Of a DNA stretch of 33,386 bases, positions 26,997 through 33,386 are shown one piece after another (position 1 is the first letter of the stretch; every line of letters starts with the position of its first letter). Both the position numbers and the translations under genes were made by a program. The stretch is taken from contig CALWTN010000050.1 of the NCBI GenBank assembly GCA_944384475.1, forward strand, positions 1-33,386. The letters are read 5' to 3'. Under the pieces are notes generated by a model. That model did not search any database. It worked only from the letters and a program-made list of their open reading frames with translations, and was not told the origin of the DNA. This stretch comes from an uncultured Clostridia bacterium (GTDB lineage: Bacteria > Bacillota > Clostridia > Christensenellales > UBA1242).

Positions 26997-27803
26997 TCAA
27001 GCCAGCTCGCTGTGAATAAGCACTCCTGCATTTAGAGTTTTTGAAAAGTTGGATAAACTCAGCCCAAGCAAAGCATGATCCAGCACTCTTGCCCTGCCTT
27101 TTTCGGTTATCGTAAGTTTGTCAGCCATGAACACCAACATCTTCCCATCGCCGACAGCCGAACCTACATTGACAAAATGCCCATACGGCAGTTTTTTTGC
27201 TTTTTCTTTTTTGAGTAAGTAAAAAAGATAATCCTCGCCCACAATTTTGCTGAAAACTTCCTTTGATATCAACACGATTGGTGCTGATGTAACAGGGTCA
27301 TACAGCACGTTAGCGCTGTCAATATAGCCCACTTCTTCAACAATTTTATCTTTGCAAGCAATTTGCACCGAGCATGTAAAAGAAGAGATTGCTCGCCTTT
27401 TCGCCAAACGTTTGAGAAAACTTTTAACGCAAATGTAAGTGACAAGACAAACTACGCAAACAATCAGCGTGCTAAGCGAGCCGAACCACATGGTCACAAG
27501 CGCATTTGCTCCGCCAAAAACAAAGGTTAAAAAAATAAATCCGAAACCATAAAAGGCAAATTCTTTAAATGATTTGATAGGAAAACTAATGCTAACCATT
27601 ATGATTGCCACAAGCAGCATAACGATGATTTTTATATACACCGGAAAATTAAATATTGGCAAAAACAAAGCAATCACACTGCCTAAAAAATCACTAACAA
27701 TCCATAATTTAGCTTTAACTTTAAACATCGCACCGCAGCAAGAAATAATAAAATAATTGATGATTAAATTTTGCAGCAAAACGTATTCAATAACTACTTC
27801 CAT
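26997..27803 (-). CDS. spoIIGA: Sigma-E processing peptidase SpoIIGA
   Basis: Five N-terminal TM helices plus a C-terminal aspartic protease region (GYIDSANVLYDPVTSAPIVL, compare the DTGN motif). Position upstream of sigE. Confidence 0.9.
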   Translation of the reverse strand: MEVVIEYVLLQNLIINYFIISCCGAMFKVKAKLWIVSDFLGSVIALFLPIFNFPVYIKIIVMLLVAIIMVSISFPIKSFKEFAFYGFGFIFLTFVFGGANALVTMWFGSLSTLIVCVVCLVTYICVKSFLKRLAKRRAISSFTCSVQIACKDKIVEEVGYIDSANVLYDPVTSAPIVLISKEVFSKIVGEDYLFYLLKKEKAKKLPYGHFVNVGSAVGDGKMLVFMADKLTITEKGRARVLDHALLGLSLSNFSKTLNAGVLIHSELA

Positions 27804-27821
27804 CGCTTCCCCTTTTGCGAT

Positions 27822-27855
27822 ATTTTAACCCTATTTTTTTGCAAAAGGATAGCAA
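27822..27855 (-). promoter_or_regulatory. spoIIG-type promoter with a 22-bp spacer (TTGCTA-N22-TAAAAT)
   Basis: On the minus strand, TTGCTA is at 27855-27850 and TAAAAT at 27827-27822, with a 22-nt spacer. An inverted AGCGAA/TTCGCT pair lies just upstream (27862-27886). Confidence 0.45.
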
Positions 27856-27895
27856 AAATTTAGCGAATAAAAATGATTTTTTCGCTTTTTTTAGC

Positions 27896-27923
27896 AAAAA
27901 AAAAAGCTGCGCACGAGCGCAGC
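27896..27923 (-). terminator. Intrinsic terminator after ftsZ
   Basis: Minus strand reads GCTGCGC-TCGT-GCGCAGC followed by T10. Confidence 0.85.
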
Positions 27924-27934
27924 GATTAGTTTTT

Positions 27935-29101
27935 TTATTTTTTCTTGCTTCTAAGCTGTCTAAGCCAAGCAGGAATTGAAGTGTCAACCTCAACTCTCGA
28001 TGAGTTTGAATTTTCATCACGTTTAACAGAAACCTCTGGCTTAGCTTCCTCTCTTGGAGGATTTTTCAGCCCAGCAAGCCCTCTAAGCCCCTCTTTTTCT
28101 GCAAAATCTGGGTTGAAATCTCTTGCCTCTTCTGCTTCGTTTGCCTTAACCTTTTCTTCGGCGGTTGGGAAACCTGTTGCAATGATGGTTACTTCGATTT
28201 CATCATGCATGTTTTCATCAATGCTGTTACCAAATATAACTTGGCAACTTGGATCGATAACCTCTTGAACAAGCATTGCCACCTCGCTGACATCCTCTTG
28301 CGTCAAGTCCATGCCACCTTTAACGTTGAGAAGCAAGCCTTTTGCACCTTCGATTGTGGTTTCAATAAGTGGGCTGGCAACCGCTTGTTTTACTGCATCA
28401 AGCGCCTTGTTCTCGCCCTTGCCATGACCTATGCCCATATGTGCAAGCCCTTTGTTTTGCATGATGGTTTTAACATCGGCAAAGTCAAGGTTGATAAGCC
28501 CCGGTTTTACAATCAAATCTGAAATGCCCTGAATGCCTTGGCGAAGCACATCGTCAGCATATCTAAACGCTTCCAAAATAGGCGTTTTCTTTGGAACGAT
28601 TTGGAACAATCTTTCATTTGGAATAATAACCATAGTGTCGACATATTTTTTAAGTTCGTTGATGCCCTTCTCTGCATTTTCAGCCCTGATTCTGCTTTCA
28701 AAAGCAAAAGGCTTTGTCACAACTGCAATGGTGAGAATGCCCATCTCCTTTGCAATTTGAGCAACAACTGGCGCAGCACCTGTGCCTGTTCCGCCACCCA
28801 TTCCAGCGGTGATAAACACCAAGTGAGAGCCTTCAAGCATCTCAGTGATTGAGGCTTTTGATTCCTCTGCTGATTTTTGACCAATTTCAGGTATTCCGCC
28901 TGCACCAAGTCCGCCTGTAAGTCTTTCACCAATTTGAAGCCTAACTGGTGCTTTGCTTACAACCAAAGCCTGCTTATCTGTGTTGACAGCAACAAACTCG
29001 GCAGAGTCAACGCCCGCTTCAATCATTCTGTTGACAGCATTATTTCCGCCGCCACCTACACCAACGACTTTGATTTTGGCAAATGAAGTATTGTTTTCCA
29101 T
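27935..29101 (-). CDS. ftsZ: Cell division protein FtsZ
   Basis: [17 protein letters not shown] ... [15 protein letters not shown] tubulin signature. Confidence 0.97.
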   Translation of the reverse strand: MENNTSFAKIKVVGVGGGGNNAVNRMIEAGVDSAEFVAVNTDKQALVVSKAPVRLQIGERLTGGLGAGGIPEIGQKSAEESKASITEMLEGSHLVFITAGMGGGTGTGAAPVVAQIAKEMGILTIAVVTKPFAFESRIRAENAEKGINELKKYVDTMVIIPNERLFQIVPKKTPILEAFRYADDVLRQGIQGISDLIVKPGLINLDFADVKTIMQNKGLAHMGIGHGKGENKALDAVKQAVASPLIETTIEGAKGLLLNVKGGMDLTQEDVSEVAMLVQEVIDPSCQVIFGNSIDENMHDEIEVTIIATGFPTAEEKVKANEAEEARDFNPDFAEKEGLRGLAGLKNPPREEAKPEVSVKRDENSNSSRVEVDTSIPAWLRQLRSKKK

Positions 29102-29166
29102 ACATATCTCCTTATTTTAAAGTAATTATAATCGAAATCACACAATTTTGCAAGCAAAATGCATGT

Positions 29167-30288
29167 TTATTCGCAATTTTTAAGCGCATAATCGGCTATT
29201 GCAAATATAATTGCCTCGTCTGGCTTATCCTTTCCTGGCAAAGATGATTTGCCAAGAGTAATATTTCTGCCCAAACACTTTGCAAGAAAATCTTTGCCGC
29301 CCTTGATTTTGCTCACGCCTCCGCCAATCAAATAAACAGGAAGATAACTAGACAAATTTATACCTTGCATAATCAAACATTGGTTGATTGCCGAAGCAAT
29401 CGCCTCCAACCTGTATGAAACCACTGCATTGGCATCTGTCTGTGGCAAGCGAATAATTTTGCCTTCAACAGACGGCAAATCGTAATAATCAAGCGCTTCT
29501 GCCGCAAGTGAAATGACAACCTCTCGCTTCAACCTTTCGGCATCTTCATACACAAGATCGAACGCCTCGCTTAAATCATTTGTGATATGCCCTCCGCCTA
29601 TCGAAAATGACGTCAAACTGCTTATGCCATTGTTTTTTATGTAAGTCACACTTGTGGAAAGATGCCCAACGTCGATAAGTACTGCGCCATCCTTTCGCTC
29701 CTCCTCGCTGACTAAACCCAACGCTCCGCAAAGTGCTTCACAAACATATTCCACATTGATGAATCCTAAATCAGCAAAAATGTCATTTAATTTTTCAATC
29801 GTAGCCTTTTCGCTGATAATAATCGAAAAATCAGCCGTAAGCAACCTGCCTTTCACCGCCAAAGGATTGCTTAACTGATTGTCATCGACATAATAACAAA
29901 TTGGCGAAACGCTGACAATCTCGCCCTCGTCAATTTTAGCCCTTTCAACAGCCTGAAATTTGAGGTTTTCAAGGTCAGCTTTGCTAGCCTTGCCAATGCC
30001 TTCTATATCAACTGATGATGTCACATTGATAACTTTGCACATCTCTGATGGAAGAGAAATGTAAAGTTTTTTGAAATACTTTTTCTTTTTAAAATCAATG
30101 CTGTTGAAAAGATCAAACAGCGCAGGCGCTAAATGCTTTTCATCCACAAACTCGCCCTGAAAATAGCCGTCATATTCCCTTGTGGCAAGTTCTTTGATAA
30201 GCAGCGTGTTGTTCACGCCCTCACTTGCAACAATCACCCTAAGTTTTGACGAGCCAATCTCTAAACAAACTACTTCTTTTTTAAACAT
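29167..30288 (-). CDS. ftsA: Cell division protein FtsA (short 373-aa form)
   Basis: Actin-like fold motifs LEIGSSKLRV, IDVGHLSTSV, IGGGHITNDL and LIGGGVSKIKG. Position between divIB and ftsZ. Confidence 0.85.
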   Translation of the reverse strand: MFKKEVVCLEIGSSKLRVIVASEGVNNTLLIKELATREYDGYFQGEFVDEKHLAPALFDLFNSIDFKKKKYFKKLYISLPSEMCKVINVTSSVDIEGIGKASKADLENLKFQAVERAKIDEGEIVSVSPICYYVDDNQLSNPLAVKGRLLTADFSIIISEKATIEKLNDIFADLGFINVEYVCEALCGALGLVSEEERKDGAVLIDVGHLSTSVTYIKNNGISSLTSFSIGGGHITNDLSEAFDLVYEDAERLKREVVISLAAEALDYYDLPSVEGKIIRLPQTDANAVVSYRLEAIASAINQCLIMQGINLSSYLPVYLIGGGVSKIKGGKDFLAKCLGRNITLGKSSLPGKDKPDEAIIFAIADYALKNCE

Positions 30289-30374
30289 TTTTCACCTTTC
30301 CCCCTTATTCTATCTTTTTTCACAAATATTGTCAAATAAATTTTTTATAATTATAAACTTTTTTGTATATGTAT

Positions 30375-31229
30375 TCACTTTGTCACTATTTGCCCTTGAT
30401 AAACCAGATAGAAATAACTTTCCTCTTGCGAATAATCGCTTCCGATATAGTTGTTTATGTGAATTTCGCTGCCATTCAGCACTTCGTCAGAAAGATTCGG
30501 CGCAAGCGAAGGCAGCGCCTTTTCTACTGCAAAAAACTTGGCGAGTTTGTAGGCAAGAGCGTAATTTGCGTTATGCAAAAACACTTCTCTGCCCGAATTT
30601 AAAGTCATTTTAAGCCCGAGTTCGGCATTGCCAAACACTTGATTTTCGCTTTCAAAAAACTGCACGCTTTTAATCATTCCGATTCCATCTTCACGTGAAA
30701 GACCGTTAAGCAAAATGGCGTCATAAAAACTTTGCAACAAATCTATTTGCAAAAATTGACCCGGCTGAATATTTTCGCCAAGTTGCAGTCTTTCTTGTGA
30801 GCCATCCAATTTAATTATTTCGCTTTTAACTTCAATCGCTGGCAAAACGCTTGCTTGCGTTGATAAAACTTTAAGTTCGCTGTCCAAAAGGATGGTTTGC
30901 CCATCATTTTGCAAGCTGTAAAAACTTTGCCTTTCACTCAGATGAATTGTGAGCGTGGAAGGAAAAGACGTTTCAATATTTATCACTTTAAGAAACGGAA
31001 ATGCTTTTTCAATGTTGTCAGAAAATGCATTTTTATTTAAAAAGAAAATGTTTTTGCCGGTTTTAATTTGTGACGATTCGATTATCTGCTGCTCGTCATA
31101 TTCTTCGGCAGTGCTTGTCCAAAATTGAATTTTAACGCTTTGAACGGTAAAAAGCGTGAAACACAAGATTATTATCGTAATAATCACCACACCAATAACA
31201 CTTAAAGCAATAATCCAACCCTTTTTCAA
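30375..31229 (-). CDS. divIB: Cell division protein DivIB/FtsQ (single TM plus POTRA)
   Basis: N-terminal TM helix (WIIALSVIGVVIITIIILCFTLF) followed by V(Q)SVKI...TGKNIFFLN, a POTRA-like region. TTG start overlaps the murA stop. Confidence 0.8.
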   Translation of the reverse strand: MKKGWIIALSVIGVVIITIIILCFTLFTVQSVKIQFWTSTAEEYDEQQIIESSQIKTGKNIFFLNKNAFSDNIEKAFPFLKVINIETSFPSTLTIHLSERQSFYSLQNDGQTILLDSELKVLSTQASVLPAIEVKSEIIKLDGSQERLQLGENIQPGQFLQIDLLQSFYDAILLNGLSREDGIGMIKSVQFFESENQVFGNAELGLKMTLNSGREVFLHNANYALAYKLAKFFAVEKALPSLAPNLSDEVLNGSEIHINNYIGSDYSQEESYFYLVYQGQIVTK

Positions 31230-32482
31230 TCGTCAATCCTTTTTATATCTGCTCCAAGTGATGCCAAATCGTTTTCAATATTTTTGTAGCCTCTGTCAAC
31301 ATGTCTAATGTTGGAAACGGTGGTGTAACCCTCTGCCACCAGCCCCGCCAAAACCAAGGACGCCGTGCCTCTAAGCTCCATGCCGCTCACCGATGCGCCA
31401 TACAGCCGCTCCACCCCTCTGACAAAGGCAACCCTATCTTTAACATGCACATCTGCACCCATTTTCACAAGTTCGGGAACATGTTTAAACCTTGATTCAA
31501 ACACATTTTCAACAATCATACTGCTGCCTTTACTTATTGAAGAAAGTGCCAAAATTTGCGCTTGTAAGTCGGTTGGAAGCCCTGGATAGACGGATGTCTC
31601 CACCTTGCCCAAAGCGATTGGTTTGCCATCACTTATCACTTTGATTGTATCATTTTTTGCCTCGATCACGCAAGCAGTTTTGTCTAATTTATCAATAAGC
31701 GCCCTCAAATGCTCCGCTTTGACGCCTTTTAATAACACCTCTCCGCCGCACATAGCAGTCGCAATCATATATGTTCCTGCGATTATGCGATCGTTGATTG
31801 GAGTGTAAGAACAGCCATGAAGTTTTTTAACACCTTTGATCACAATCTCTCCGCTGCCTGCGCCGCAAACATCCGCACCCATTGCCACCAAAAAGTTTTG
31901 TAAATCTTCGATTTCCGGCTCTTTGGCGGCGTTTAGCAATCTAGTCTCACCTGGCAAAAGCACGCTTGCCATCATCAGGCTTTCAGTTGCGCCCACGCTT
32001 GGAAATTCCAAAAGCACAGTGGAAGCATGCATTTTTGAAGCGTCACAATAAATATATCCGTGTCTCTCTTCCACTTTTACGCCAAGTTTTCTAAACCCTG
32101 AAAGATGAATATCTATCGGCCTTGCACCAATCTCGCAACCTCCTGGATAGGCAACACGTGCTTTTCTAAACCTTCCAAGCAGCGCACCGAGCATAAAAAT
32201 AGACGAGCGCACCTGACAGGCAAGTTCGCTTTCCACTCCCCACGAAAAAAGTGAAGATGCATCTATCAAAAGGTCTCCACCATTGTTTGTAATATTAGCG
32301 CCTATGGATGAGAGAATGCCACACATACTTTGCGTGTCTGTATAATCTGGATAGTTATGTAAAACAATTTCTTCTTCGCAAAGCACGCAAGCAGCAAGAA
32401 TTGGAAGATATGAATTCTTGGCAGCGGGTATATTAATTTCTCCAAAGAGTTTATGCCCGCCATGAATTAAAAGTTTGCTCAT
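31226..32482 (-). CDS. murA: UDP-N-acetylglucosamine 1-carboxyvinyltransferase
   Basis: MSKLLIHGGHKLFGEINIPAAKNSYLPILAA..., and the active-site Cys context YPGGCEIGARPIDIHL. Confidence 0.95.
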   Translation of the reverse strand: MSKLLIHGGHKLFGEINIPAAKNSYLPILAACVLCEEEIVLHNYPDYTDTQSMCGILSSIGANITNNGGDLLIDASSLFSWGVESELACQVRSSIFMLGALLGRFRKARVAYPGGCEIGARPIDIHLSGFRKLGVKVEERHGYIYCDASKMHASTVLLEFPSVGATESLMMASVLLPGETRLLNAAKEPEIEDLQNFLVAMGADVCGAGSGEIVIKGVKKLHGCSYTPINDRIIAGTYMIATAMCGGEVLLKGVKAEHLRALIDKLDKTACVIEAKNDTIKVISDGKPIALGKVETSVYPGLPTDLQAQILALSSISKGSSMIVENVFESRFKHVPELVKMGADVHVKDRVAFVRGVERLYGASVSGMELRGTASLVLAGLVAEGYTTVSNIRHVDRGYKNIENDLASLGADIKRIDD

Positions 32483-32555
32483 AAGTCCTCTTTTGAATGT
32501 TTTTAAAACACATTTTATTCTATGCGCATATATCCTCTTATGTGAAAATTAACTA

Positions 32556-32584
32556 TTGACTTTGCACACTTAGGGTGATATATT
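32556..32584 (+). promoter_or_regulatory. SigmaA-type promoter (TTGACT-N17-TATATT with TG extension) ending 7 nt before ATG 32592
   Basis: TTGACT is at 32556-32561 and TGaTATATT at 32576-32584. Confidence 0.5.
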
Positions 32585-32591
32585 ATTTGTC

Positions 32592-33233
32592 ATGGGAAAA
32601 ATAAAACAAGCAGTAAAAAAATTTAAATCACTCTTTCAAAACAGCCTTGACAAAGAGATAAACGATGTCGCGCAGGAGAAGGCAATGTTAAAATTGGCAG
32701 AACAATACGACATACCTGTCTCGCAAGAAGATGTTGATGAGGTGGCACAAAAGTCAGCCTTGCTCGAAGCAAGATGCGTTATAGATTGCTTTGCTTCAAC
32801 TAAAAATGTTAGAGGCTTCATGCTTCTTGCAACAGCGGCAGCTGCTGGCGGAGCAATCGGCTCGGCGCTATATTTTACTGGCGCTCCAACTTTTGGCGTG
32901 GCTTTGGGCACCTTTGCCGCATTTGTGCCAGGCGCTGCATTTGCTATAAAAAATTTTATAGAAGGCACGGAATTACGCAAACAAAGTCAAAATTTAAAAA
33001 CAGAGGCTAAAAGCGAATTTATTCAAAAACATTTGCATAGCAAAGACGATTTCTACAACGCAACTGCACACATCTTGGATGCAAAAAACGAATATCTTAA
33101 AAATATAGAAAACGATACCCCTGTTTTTGTAGAAATAAACCATAGCGACACTTCCTATCAATCGCAAGTGTTCGAAGAATATTGCAGCCACGTTGAAAAC
33201 ATAGTATATGGAATAGAAGAAAGAGAGCTTTAA
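32592..33233 (+). CDS. Hypothetical membrane protein (213 aa, or 182 aa if it starts at 32685)
   Basis: ORF track. A central Gly/Ala-rich hydrophobic hairpin (FMLLATAAAAGGAIGSALYFTGAPTFGVALGTFAAFVPGAAFAI). No SD precedes ATG 32592, whereas AGGAG lies 6 nt before ATG 32685. Confidence 0.6.
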   Translation: MGKIKQAVKKFKSLFQNSLDKEINDVAQEKAMLKLAEQYDIPVSQEDVDEVAQKSALLEARCVIDCFASTKNVRGFMLLATAAAAGGAIGSALYFTGAPTFGVALGTFAAFVPGAAFAIKNFIEGTELRKQSQNLKTEAKSEFIQKHLHSKDDFYNATAHILDAKNEYLKNIENDTPVFVEINHSDTSYQSQVFEEYCSHVENIVYGIEEREL

Positions 33234-33249
33234 TAAGCTCTCTTTTTTG
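33221..33249. terminator. Terminator hairpin overlapping the stop codon of the 213-aa gene
   Basis: AAGAGAGCTT-TAAT-AAGCTCTCTT followed by TTTT. Confidence 0.7.
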
Positions 33250-33264
33250 ATTGTTTAAGCACGT

Positions 33265-33386
33265 TTAAACAGTTTTTGCATATACACAAATATCGCGCTT
33301 TTGATCTACGACTCCAATAAGCTTCATCATGCTCTCTGCCATGCGTTTGCCTTGCTTTGAAATTGTGATCGCCACTAAATTTGGCT
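33265..33386 (-). CDS. Possible 3' end (40 codons) of a minus-strand gene entering from the right edge
   Basis: Own translation: PNLVAITISKQGKRMAESMMKLIGVVDQKRDICVYAKTV, then a stop at 33267-33265. A second frame is also open, so this call is tentative. Confidence 0.3.
   Translation of the reverse strand, partial: PNLVAITISKQGKRMAESMMKLIGVVDQKRDICVYAKTV

Noticed and set aside
26987-27031. The track's upstream extension of sigE, and similar extensions of spoIVA (19882-19950), dnaK (5897-5923) and the Asp23 gene (15671-15751)
   Set aside because: The extensions lack RBSs and overlap upstream genes or terminators. The internal starts have strong SD sequences and give lengths that match the known families.

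Overview
This is a 33.4-kb chromosomal segment from an AT-rich, endospore-forming Firmicute with Clostridia-type gene order. About 30 genes are conserved backbone, and nearly all lie on the minus strand. They are: the 5' end of a PcrA/UvrD-type helicase gene, rpsU, mtaB and rsmE; the CIRCE-controlled hrcA-grpE-dnaK-dnaJ operon; a U32 peptidase gene, tsaD, prfB (with its programmed +1 frameshift), alr and tlyA; Asp23/DAK2 (yloU/yloV-like) genes and rpmB; spoIVA, plsY, der, feoAB, nrdR and a ylmC/ymxH-like gene; the spoIIGA-sigE-sigG sporulation sigma cluster; and ftsZ-ftsA-divIB-murA. I saw no tRNA, rRNA, CRISPR array, transposase or integrase. The backbone does not explain 16.03-18.40 kb, between rpmB and spoIVA. 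That segment holds three things. (i) A GC-rich 98-nt block of nested perfect palindromes that folds as a closed four-way junction. (ii) A 32-codon minus-strand ORF, absent from the ORF track, with a SpoVM-like IKxPK[FW][LM] core. (iii) A plus-strand two-gene operon with its own near-consensus promoter. Its products (422 and 223 aa) match no family I can name, but they read as tandem SSB-like OB-fold modules (3 + 2). This operon is my best candidate for an undescribed system. The OB-fold assignment rests on motif pattern only and needs profile or structure searches. Secondary observations are listed below:
- A sigmaK-type promoter in front of a Cys-containing beta-rich protein next to alr.
- A Cys/His-rich N-terminal tail on GrpE.
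- A sigmaF-type promoter overlapping a hairpin next to the sigG RBS.
- A spoIIG-type promoter with a 22-bp spacer.
- A Cys-rich tail fused to FeoB.
- A short FtsA without a C-terminal membrane-targeting helix.
- A possibly leaderless gene at the right end.
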